Shown in pieces: positions 49,401-61,167 of a DNA stretch of 64,000 bases. The notes below the pieces were generated by a model, which ran no database searches, was not told the DNA's origin, and saw only the letters and a list, made by a program, of their open reading frames with translations. The number at the start of each line of letters is the position of its first letter. Within the stretch, counting starts at the first letter, position 1. The stretch lies in contig NC_087251.1 in assembly GCF_037042905.1 (NCBI RefSeq), positions 20,710,001-20,774,000 on the forward strand. Reading direction: 5' to 3'. The DNA comes from Lytechinus pictus. Taxonomy: Eukaryota. The translations under genes and the position numbers were made by a program.

Positions 49401-50751
49401 TGCTTATTTTAAGTTTACACTGATAATTCAAAGCAATTTTTGTCTCGCCCTTCATAGCATAGCAAGACTATAGGTGCCACTTTTCTGAATCAGCCCCCTC
49501 CCCCAGTTTTATTATGGTTATTATGCTGAAGACTGAAATTATTACTATAACATAATTGAATAAACAAACAAATTAAAGTTTAATGAACTCACAATGGAAG
49601 TATGATTTTTTGTTTTCAGAGACAGTAGTAGAATGCTTCACTAAATAATCAAATTCTTTATCTTTCTTTCAATCGTAAATTGATATACTGCATCTCTATG
49701 TAAATGGGACTACGGAAGATTAATTGATGAATAGGTGGATAATGATCACACATTCTTTCCTGCATAAATCAAGCATTTACATTTGATACACAAGTGTTGG
49801 ATTGGTGGGTTTGACAAACTTTTAGTATAGAACATTTTCTGATAATTAGGAACTCCATCTAACCATACAGAGATTGCATATATGAATGAACTGGCTTATT
49901 GGAGTAACTGAAAATTGTTTTGGAAGTATCATTTTTAAGTTAATATGTTTGGATTGTTAAAACAAATTTGAATACATGTATAATGATATGGTGATTTTGC
50001 ACTACATTTTTTACCTTTGTCATTCCATAGAAATTAGTTGCTGCTATAGAAGACCAGAATGAAGATGCATATACTGAAGCCGTGAGTAGTCACTTAATCT
50101 TTTCTTCTTTTTTCCCTTTTCTATTTCAAGAGTTTAATAGATTAATATATTCAAAAATACTTTGATAAATTAGTGTAAATTTAAAAATATATAAGTTTTC
50201 ATTACTTGAAAGAACAATAGATACATGCCTTCTTTCACATTTATGATATGCCTGTTTTACCAATTCAAGACTGATTGTGAGGTCGGGTCTTACCTTTAAA
50301 GTGGAAATAAGATTTGCTAATATTTCAAATTATAAGTTTCATCATCTTTAATCAATTAAGTATGGATTTACTCAACTGGATTGTTTTGTATTGGTTTTTC
50401 CCAATAAATCTGAATTAATTCATAATTACAAAAACAATAGTTTGGCAACTATTGTAAATCATTAAATCCTTGTACCGGGCTTGTACAATGTAAGAGGATC
50501 TGTTCACGATTCGTCTAAAATATTTATATGATTTAAAACAAGAAAAATTCAATATAATATAGTATTGTGTTTGTAGCATTCTAGATGACATTTCAATTAC
50601 CCAACAATGGCCCATGTCTGTACATTTCTTATTTTCACAATTGACCTGACAGGTTAAGGAGTTTGATTCAATCACTCGCTTGGATCAGTGGTTGACTACC
50701 ATTTTATTGAGAATTAAGAAGAGCATCAGCAGTGATCCAGATCTTCGGTGA
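40425..50751 (+). CDS. NAPA: Alpha-soluble NSF attachment protein (alpha-SNAP); 8 exons, 292 aa
   Basis: Exons 40425-40516, 46731-46810, 47393-47509, 47849-48029, 48359-48506, 49145-49255, 50031-50081, 50653-50751 (879 nt). Motifs [89 protein letters not shown]...DLR*. The penultimate Leu needed for NSF stimulation is retained. Confidence 0.97.
42095..42300 (-). mobile_element. LINE (CR1/L2-clade) ORF2 3' remnant
   Basis: Minus translation [28 protein letters not shown] matches the FPRTI..WN.LP..V..APS...F LINE C-terminal motif. Confidence 0.55.
43274..43851. mobile_element. MITE with CCCGGGGG(G)n termini and 7-8 bp TSD
   Basis: (g)ctgcagt|CCCGGGGG..CACTTCCATTGACGAGTGGATACCATGCGCGACCA ... 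TGGTCGCGCATGGAATCCACTTGCCAATGTAAGTGACCCCC..AGGG|ctgcagt. A partial relative is at about 45010-45426. Confidence 0.85.
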
Positions 50752-51174
50752 GCTCACCTCACAAATCCATCATCATCTGAGGCAAATAACACTTCATATA
50801 TCCTTGCATGTACAATTGAGTTTGTTTGCTGCAGTCAGTCTCATTCTGTTTTCTTTTATGTGTATGTATGTGCATATTAAATATCTATATATATATATAT
50901 CAATGAAAAATTATGCCAGGGGGAGGGGTGTTAACAAAGAATGATGTGTGTCTTTAAATTTCACTTCATTTCTCAGTTGCTTGTGATATATAATACATTA
51001 CTGCGTTGGTTTCATCATGCTCACGGAACGCATGCTACTGAGTATTCATCAATGAAATGTGCATGATTGGCATTAAACATCACTTTAAAGTCACACTCTC
51101 CTCTTTGGGAAACGACCCCGATGTTTATGGACATAATCAGTCAGTAGCTTAATTTCCTTTACTGGTAGGTTTAA

Positions 51175-51752
51175 AGGGGAATGAAACCTTTATAACAAGT
51201 AGGCTTGTGTCTAAACAGAAAAATCAAAGAATAAGAATAAAGAAAGTTTGAGAAAAATCAGACAAATAATGAGAACGTTATGAGCTATTGCAATCACTAA
51301 TGCTATGGAGATCCTCCCATTGGCAATGCGACAAGGATGTGTGATGTCACATGTGAACAACTTTCCCTTTGATGGACTATAAAATACCCTCAAAACGTTT
51401 CTTTTTGCTTTTCTTATGGTGATGCAAACTCTTTATCAATGATGTATACTTTAAAAATCTGTATTAAATGCCCTCCTATAGAAAAAAAAACATGATCTAC
51501 TGATAGATGTGATAAAAGAGGCAATTTAAATAAAATATATACTAAAGTAATGGGGAGAGTTGTTCACAAGTGACATCACACATCTTTGTCGCATTGCCAA
51601 TTTGAGGATCTCCATAGCATTAGTGATCGCAATATTCAAATGCTCATAACTTTCTCATTATTTGTCAGATTTTTCTCAAACTTTCGTTGATCTGTTTCTT
51701 TGACTTTTCTCTTTTCAAAACAAGCTATTTGTTTTAAAGGTTTCATTCTCCT
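51175..51752. mobile_element. Kolobok-like fold-back MITE about 420 nt downstream of the NAPA stop
   Basis: TTAA|AGGGGAATGAAACCTTT ... AAAGGTTTCATTCTCCT|TTAA, with imperfect inverted arms of about 190 bp. Confidence 0.85.
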
Positions 51753-54700
51753 TTAAGGATTTATAAGGGGGGGGGGCTTCAGTTTATTTTGTTTCTTTCA
51801 GTCTTTTGACCCCACCCCCCCCCCTATATTCCTGAGCTATCCCCTTTGATTTTTATCTCAGCTGAAAAGATATTATCCACTGGCAAAATAGTAATAAGAT
51901 TAATGCAATGGATACAAAGGAAAAAAAATAACACTTTCAATAATGCAGTGACTTGTGAGGTCCTTTGAAATAGGTTGTGCGAGTGGTGTTTATGATTACT
52001 TTACCAAAAACTTGTGCTTTAGATGTATAGTTTGAGTTTGGCCATTGAGGAAATTATGTAGACCTTGATGAGAAGCAAAAATTAATGAGGGTGTATTAAT
52101 GAATTCTTCATTATAGCGATTGTGATCAACTTCAACACATTATTTTTAATTTGTGTATTAAGGAAGTGTGTAACAGGCAGTGAGACATGACTTTGAGTGT
52201 TGCTGATATCACTGTTGTGATCAAACAATTTTGGTTACTTTGTGAATTGGGTAAACACATATTTTATATATATACTATTGTCATTGCCAATCATGATAAT
52301 ATGATGAATTCCATAAGTGCTACCAGGTTTTAAAGAATGATTATCATGGGCCTAACCCTTCCCTTTTACCTGTAGTAATTAGTATAGATATAACAGTATT
52401 TGTTCATCTCCATTAGATGCTACTTATCTAATTTTGTTAATGATTTATGTTGGCCAAAAATGTTCTGCCATATTTACATGTATTCTTTGAAGAAGCTTTG
52501 TGATAAAGACATTTTCACTTTATCTCATCACGGTTGTTGGATACTGTTGGACTACTGCATTTCAGTAAATCCAGTGATTTATTTTAATAGGGTAAGATAA
52601 GTATTAAGTTTTTAATGTCTTGCCAATCCCTTCTTTTTCTAGTTACACGGTTGATAACATGAATTCTTGTAATGACTTTAATATGGTTTCTTAAAAATAG
52701 ATTAGTGAAATATAAATTTATGCATATTGATGTTGTATGTGTTATGATGTCCCATCTTATGAAAGGACAGAGTTTATAATCGTGGTATTTTATATTACAT
52801 GTAAATGTACATTGACGTCGTCATTTATAATCAATTCTATAACAAGAGCTTAGCATGTAATGAAACATAGGCTTCATTCTTGTTGATGAACCCCTTGTAA
52901 TGAAATTTCAATTTTGACTTGCTTACTTCTCTCTGGTTCATGTTGCTTATTATTCCAGTATTATCAACCTAGTTTGGGGTTCTTTTTTTATGTTGCATTC
53001 TGAAAAAGAAATTTGTAATAGATATTATAGATAACTGGTATTTTTCAATACAATTAATATATTATTGCTAAAAGTTCGAATGTAGTTGTTCTAGCAGCTA
53101 CAAATGAAAGTATGGCAAATTGGAAACAGTTACATGCTGTGTTTCCTTGCTATCAGTAGTATGGTCATGCAGAAGAACCCATCTAAAAGGGCCATGCAGC
53201 ATGTTCATTTCTCAATGCCGCTCTCCCCCCCCCCCCTCCTACTTAACAACTGGTGCCAATTCGGTTATTCTAGTTCTTATTGTCTTGCTTCAATCAAAAA
53301 GCTGACTGGACATTTTTTTTCCCTTACTTTTACTATATCTCATATACAAAATTAGCGTTAAATATCATATAGAGTGACAAAATATAAATTGTATTCATTA
53401 AGTTGACTGATTAATGCTTTTCAGGGTTATTTCTTGTAAACGTTGCCTCTGTCATAATATGAATTAATCTACATGTATCGATTTACTTTGGATGTAGATG
53501 TAATATGTGCTTTGGTATTTATTTTTTTCCTAATTGTAGTGATCGCCAAACTGTTTATGAATAGTAATTTGAGTATTTCATATTTTGTACAGCTCTGTAT
53601 ATATGTGGGAGATTACTTAAGATTCCCAATCAATAGATTTTGCAATTGTATATCCAGTATATTCTTATGAATAGTGAAACTTAAATAGGGAATTCTGTGA
53701 CCACACAAAGAGCATTTCTTTGTCATTTATAAACTCTTTAAGTGTGAAAAGGTTGAAGTGCATGATTCTGATTTCAAGAGTATAATAATTTTGTGAGTCA
53801 AATGAATCAAACTTTCATACTTTGAATTCCTTTAGTAAACACAAGTCTCCTTATCGTTACGTCTCTCATCATAAATATCATTGAATATCTACCATTGTAT
53901 GACATAATATAGCAGCAACAAAAAATAGTAATCATTTTTACTGTAAAAATAAGGTAAATCCCAAGGGTTTACCAAATTTCAAAAGGATTTTTCTTGTACA
54001 AGTTAGTTTGTCACTGGTACATCATGGGTCTGTGGCATAAAAGAAACCTAGCAAATATTTTTTGCCAGAGTTTTTCAATATGTTAATTGACAATGGCATA
54101 ATTTTGTTTGCCATGAGTTTTTATTTATTTGCCAGAGTTTTTTCTGGCAAAAGGTTTATGCAACAGGCCTCATGAGGATCTTTATTGCAAATTTGATTTG
54201 CATTGTGGGAGGGTATTACGATCGTAAAAGGCTCATTCAGAGATGGTGCCACAAAGCTCAAAACTAGTTTTGTGTACAAAGCCAATGGGATATGAGGCAT
54301 CAGTGGACCAATTACATTCTTTTGGATTAGCTGAGAGTTAAAAAGCGTAATTATTTGTTCATAGTCAGACTTGCACAGTAAAATCCATGATAATGAAATC
54401 ATTTTCATTTTCTTTTATTGGATGAATCTTAACATAATGAAATCATTGTGGTGTCATTAGTTTGCCTGTGCATTTTTTGAGACCTGAAGCATACTGTATG
54501 GCACATTTATTAGCATAAGATGTTTCTGAGCCTTGTCACAACATAATAAATCTTTACAAACCTTAGCCTCAGAAAATAATCGGGTAGACTACAAAAAGAT
54601 GGGTGTATACACTTAGTGCTCTGTCAGTCCATTTTATTCTGATGTGTTTTTTTAATGATCTTTGCTGATGTGGATCTGTTATAATACCCACTTTAACCTC

Positions 54701-56355
54701 AGACATTGGGCAACAAGAAAGTCAAGTATGAAGTATACACAAATGCAATTCTCCTTTGTGTCAAATTGTGTGCCCTATATAAAATCTTAGCATTTTTTAT
54801 ATTTAATGGACATTTATAACATGCAAATATCTCCCTGAGTAAGAACATTATGTATAAGGACATAGTTATCCATTCATTCCAGGTGTTATTTAGGTACTTT
54901 ATTGTGCAAGTATTGAGCATGTATCATGGTATATCATTATGTTGCCTGTTGATTTTATAAGAACATGTACAATTATAACTGTATATACGAACTAAGAGAA
55001 GACATGAATGTGGACCTCTCGTGCTGGATCAAACCAGTCAATGTCATTTGCAGTGATTGTCATTGTCAATCATATGGCTTGATCTCAGTAGCTTATAACA
55101 CAAACTTGTAAGGCAACTTGTCAAAAGTTTATGTCTCGTCTTTAAGCAGGAGTACTGCTATAAGGTTCTTATGGGTCTTTTCATTGCAGCTTTCCTACAG
55201 TCTGTGATTGATCAATTAAAAAGCTGCTTGATTCCTGCGGGAAAGATAGACTCTGACTTTTGACAAAGTGCCTAAGGGCCGCACTATTAGATATCCAGGG
55301 GGGCTGAAAGTTTTTCAAAAAATAAAAACTTGACTTGCTATATGAGCAACAACAAAAAATTGACTCACCATCAGGTCCATTGACAAATCATCTGAAAGGG
55401 GCAAAAAAAATTGTTTCAATGGACTAAGGAAAAAAAACTTTACTCAAAGAAAATATTTTTTTTTGCATCAACCCAAACTTCCAGCCCCCCTTCCCCCTGG
55501 TGCGTCCCTAAATTGAAATTGGTAAGTTTAGTGAGACAGGTCCCTGATATATGAGAAACTGCAGAATTTGATTAATTTTTTTTAAATTTTTTTTCATTCA
55601 TTCATATAAAGATGTCTTCTATGAATCTGTGTATGGGTAAAACTGTGCAATTGGAAGAAAACATCAGTGTACATTAATCTCTCATCACTGTGCTACTTAG
55701 GCATTTATCAATAAAGACAATTAAAATGAAGCTTGGGAATGAAACCTATGTTATGATTTACATATTGTAATCACATCAATAAATTCATGAACGAATGCAG
55801 TCAGTTCAGTTGCTTTCTTAATCTGTTTATTTATTCATATATGATACAATACTCTGTAATCTATATAAAGAAGCAGATGTAAATAATCTTAAAAATACAT
55901 AATTTCAGCTTTAATAATGATACAGTACCAGACACAAACCTTATCTGACATTTGCACATAAGTAGCACCAAATTCTTGGTGCTACTGCTTCGCCATGCTT
56001 TTGTTTTCACTACAATAATATTTTTATGATCAAATTTAATATATAATAAGACAAGGTGGTTTACGAACCACAAGTCTCGCCTGATTTCGTGATCAACAAC
56101 ATATGCAATATGATCTTTCGAGTCCAAGATGACCTATGACCTCATCCTCGAGAACACACGTGTGGTATTACCCAATGATTATTTGTACCAAGTACACGCA
56201 ACTGATGCAGATATAAAGAAATGAGGGCAAGTTGAACAAAAACTTGGAAAAGGATGAACATGACCTCATATTATTTGACCTTTTGACCCCTAGATGATCT
56301 TGACCCCATCATTCTCATGGGCTCACATGTGGTATTACTCAAGGATCGCCCTATG

Positions 56356-56651
56356 TAATAATAATAATAACGCAGTTCTTGTATAGCGCATATCACATTA
56401 TGTCATAACATCCCTATGCGCTTCCAAAGGACTTGGATATTATTACCCTGGCTTTAGCCCCGCAGCCTTTTACAGCGCGGTGACATTTCAAGGAATAAAT
56501 TCCTGCCAGGTACCCATTCACCTCACCAGGGTTGAGTGCAGCACAATGTGGATCAATTTCTTGCTGAAGGAAATTACGCCATGGCTGGGATTCGAACCCA
56601 TGACCCTCTGTTTCAATGTCAGAAGACTAATCTACTGGGCCACAACGCTCC
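56356..56651 (-). mobile_element. tRNA-derived SINE copy
   Basis: Reverse complement of the 6112-type SINE (GGTTCGAATCCCAGCC B box, GAATGGGTACC core, (ATT)n tail). Confidence 0.85.
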
Positions 56652-57167
56652 AATGTACCAAGTATGAACATAATTGATGCACAAATAAAGAAATGAAAGC
56701 AAGTTGAACTTTGAACTAAAACTTTTTGGAACAGACTAACATGAAAAGTGATTATTAGGTCTCTTCTGAACTTAATTCAGGCGAGAAAAAAAGATAACGT
56801 GACTGTATTTTCATCTATTTCAACAAAATATCATTGGTCATTATTTTCACCTGAAAAGAATGTGCTTGAAAGTGAATTGACCTTCAGAAGCCTGGAAAAA
56901 ATGTGTCTTCTACACGTGTCAAAATTACATCGTAAATTGTATATTTTAACCAGCTATTCAGCAGAATGGCACACAATACTGGTAAAGAGAAGCACAATGC
57001 ACACAAATCCTCTTCTTAATTCTCTTGTGAGGTTATTCATTCTTGAAAAAAAATCAAAATCCGTTTGAGAACGGAGGATGACGGTTTAAAATATGAACTG
57101 GTACAATGTATGTGCTTTGATGATGGTAACACAAAAGTTCATACAACCAACTCTATATCTTCATATA

Positions 57168-57425
57168 CAAGACAAGGAGCCCAATTTCATCCAAATATAC
57201 AAGATTTAAAGAGGACTACATCAAATGGACCAAACAGCTTGTTTGAGATTGGTGTTCATCGTAGAACCAGAGGTCATAGCATGAAATTTAAGAAAAACAG
57301 TGGTGCGAATTGCAGATTGAAAAATGCCTTTTCAATCATATATAAAATGGAATGCTTTACCAGAGGTAATTTCTCCACCTAGTGTGAATATGTTCAAATC
57401 AGCTATTGAGAGGTACTGGAAAAAC
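57168..57425 (+). mobile_element. CR1-type LINE 3' remnant
   Basis: Frameshifted motifs IQIYKI...LFE...RTRGHSMK.KK...WNALPEV...SVNMFK..IE.YW, typical of the CR1 ORF2 C-terminus. Confidence 0.65.
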
Positions 57426-59521
57426 CAGAGACTATCCAACGTGACAAGGGGCAAATAAGCTACAAGCTTTACATCTCTACAACCGAGTAAATTCACAAAT
57501 TAATCAATGGACTGTCAACATATGATTGAGAACTGGGAGTAATTGACAGGTCATTGTTGCCTACTTGTATGCAAGGCGGGTGAAAACACTGCACTTTTGC
57601 ACATCCTAACAACCAAAGGTGTTCAACACAACTTGTAAATAACGAGCTTTGTGATGTAGTAATCTTAATCCAGGCACTCTGTGTCTTGCATGTAAAAGCG
57701 TTAGTTTACAGCTAATCACACCAATATGAGATGTTCAGTGATTGAGCCATTGTATTTCCCACACACATATGGGGCACACACGATTATGAAAAAAAAATCA
57801 ATGTTTGTTTGCCATAACCCGACTGACTCTTGTCAAACTTTCTGAAATTGGTTCTTTTTGTTTTCAAATTTGACCCCCAAATAATATGCTGACCAACCCT
57901 TATTTTCATTGTTATACCTAATTTACCCCCAAAATACTGAAAATGTCATCAAAATGAGTAATCAAATTCTGCCAGCAGCACATTCATCTTTACTTAATAC
58001 TAGTGATCATTGAAAGTCTTATAATTTTTCTTCTACATCATTTTGGTGAGCAATAAGCTTTATCAGGACATACCTGATAATTAAATTGTTGACAATAAAG
58101 AAAACATAAATGTGAAGCTGGAGTAGCATTTTAAAGTACTACAAACACATTGGAACATAAGAAATAAATATATCACTTCGCATGTACAAAGCATATGAGG
58201 CCACATAAAGAAGCAAAATAAATCCACTGGAAATTTATACAATCTATATTTAGGCCATGAGTTACACCTTTGTTTATGATGGTTTACACTTCTTGTAAAC
58301 ATGTACAGGTACATCCATACAACAGAAGAGACCTAGTAGCTCATTCTAGTTGAATTTTTGTCCAATCATTTCTATTGTTGTTTTCCCTACATATACTGTA
58401 TAGAACTCTTAAAATTCCATCATGCCCCAAGCTGCATTACATTGCATGCAACTACCTTGTACATACTCAAATTAAATAACATTACTCTAAAGAAACAGTT
58501 ACTGATAATGGCAAGAATAAAAATCAATGTCAAATAGGAATTTGTAGCCATTGTACTTTCAAAATCAAAGTGTTCTCAATAATGAGAACAATAACAAACT
58601 GATGCACAAACATGAACATCTCTAATAAAACATACAACATGCAATTCAAAGTATATAAGACACTTTCTGCATTTGATCATGAATACATATAGCATTATTT
58701 TGCCATCTAAAAACAAGACATTTATTCTTCAATTTTATTTTTAAAAATACATATATATATACCTACAGAAACTGATACAATACCAACCTATGTATCCCGG
58801 CATATAGTTTCTCAGGTTCTAAAAGTTTATATGTCCATAAAGAGAAATTCATGAATATTTGACAATCAATTTAAGGAAGCTGAAATAGTTAGAAAACTTC
58901 AATCAAAATATGCAAAACTGAGAAATGCCATAAAAACTTGGGTCAGGTTGCTGAAATTTGAGTATGCTGATTAGTGGGAATGAGTGATCTCATGAATATT
59001 CTTATGTGCTGTGACAAAATTGATCCCAATCTAAAGCAGTTTGGTCACTCAGGAAGTTGATATTGAAATAAGGCTGGGACAAAAATTAATCTTTGGAAGG
59101 ACATGGCTTCAGTTAGTTAATCCCCCCCCCCCCGGAGTTCTATTTCTTACCATCCTTATATCTACTGTACTAATTTTTATGCTGAAATTCTCTGACTGGT
59201 GCAGAGTCCATACAAACAACTCGATATTCCAAACATATTCCAGAATTCTCGTTCTTCCCAAGTCAGCTGACGCAGCAGATATCTCTTACACCATCATAGA
59301 ACTATCATTCTCCTCTTTTTCTTATTTATAAATAAATAACTGTACAATGTGCTACATGGATAAAGGTAGAAGAGAATAAAGATTATTTGATAGAAAACTG
59401 CTCTTAAGAAACCTGTCCAGAGAACATTCCAATATTACGTAAAGGTCATTGATAAACTGTCCTTCTAAAAAATAAAAAACAATGTTGGAAAATTTTCAAA
59501 CTGAATTTTAACATAGTGTGT

Positions 59522-60323
59522 CAGACCTTCACGTTTATAATTTCGTGGAGCTCAATAAATCGCTCTCCTTATTTTTTTGAGGAGCTCAATTGAGCTTCTC
59601 AGAATCGCTCTCCGTGAGGAGCTCAAATCAATTCATTACAATACATGTATGATAAATTGTAGATTTTTCTTAACATTGTATATATATGCAATAGCTGTGT
59701 TAGCTATTAATTAATCTGTGGTGAAACTAGGCCTGGGTCACGTCAATACGTTTACAAGATGTCGTATGCACTACTGCTAAAAAAAAAAAAAAAAAAAAAA
59801 AATTGAAAAAAAAAGAAATTGAAAAAAATTTACATTTTACATCTTTAAATCCATGAAATGGTCTTCTTTTTTCCATAATACCTTGAAACTACTTTGATTT
59901 AGTTGAAAACTATCAGAAAAATGAAGAATATTCACCTCTTTCCCGACTCTGATTTGAACTTACCTCGGTAAATATTGTAGTCCCACATGTAGACTTCCAT
60001 GGTGCTGCCATGAAAATCTACATATGGGACTACATGGGACTGCAAATATTTACCGAGTTTAAATTAAAATCAGAGTCGGGAAAGAGATGAATATTCTTCA
60101 TTTTTCTGATAGTTTTCAACTAAATCAAAGTAATTTCAAGGAATCATGGAAAAAAGAAGACCATACATTTCAAGGATTTAAAGATGTGAAATGTGAATTT
60201 TTAACAATTTTTTTTTTCATTTTTTTTTTTTTTTTAGGAGCGCGATTTTTTGCTCTCCTTATTTTTTTTAAGGAGCGCGGTAGGAGCGCCGGCGCGATCG
60301 CGCTCCTCAAAAATGAAGGTCTG
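59522..60323. mobile_element. hAT-like non-autonomous element containing an internal palindrome of about 450 bp
   Basis: TIRs CAGACCTTCA/TGAAGGTCTG with imperfect gtgtgt flanks and GGAGC(T/G)C subterminal repeats. Internal arms 59779-60000 pair with 60010-60236. Confidence 0.75.
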
Positions 60324-61167
60324 GTGTGTGTGTGTTTGTTAGTGTGTTTACAGATGGGTATCAATCAGTTAATAGTTTGTATTGAGGACAATTAACTTCA
60401 ACAAATACATGACTACCACTCAAACCATGGCCCTCTATAAGCTTGTAACTCCCACATGCAGCCATTGCTTTACATGCATATGCCACAAGTTTAATGTTCA
60501 TTGACATAAGATCACTGGATGGAAGTGAAATTTCAATAGGGCTTTCCCTTGATGTGATGCTAGAGTATTCCACCATGACATCTCTCTTATAATTTCTAAA
60601 CGGAACATCGCATCAAATCTAACTCTTCATAATTCTTGAGATTTTTTACCCTCTTGGTAGCAACTGAAACTAGATAGAGTTCTTCACTAAAGATCAACCT
60701 TGGAGAGTAGATGATCAAAGTTTATAGCAGCTGGGTCAGGTTCTTGGATTGTCCCATAAACAATGGCTTACTTAATCCATGTCGCATATAATCATGTGAT
60801 CAAACTGCCACTTGGTACAACCACCACTTGATCTGCAATCCATTTGGGCTAATGGTCATGTTTTGTAGTAATCAAATAATATAATTGGCACTACCTCTAC
60901 CTCAATTTCTCAAGCATCAAAGATTTCATAGTCCATTACTAGAACATCTCATCAATTGGTGTTAGATCAATATGACCATAGCATAACTTGCACTATAAAC
61001 AAAGTGCTACGAGGAAGTACGAACTAGATAAAATGGTTCTTGTACAACCTAACTGCAAGCAAAGATAGGACTGGACAGAGTGAGATGAGACTAAATAGCC
61101 ACCAGACAATGTGGGATAAGACCAAGTGGTAATTGACCATTTGAAGTAGTCAAGAGCATTAGCCTGG

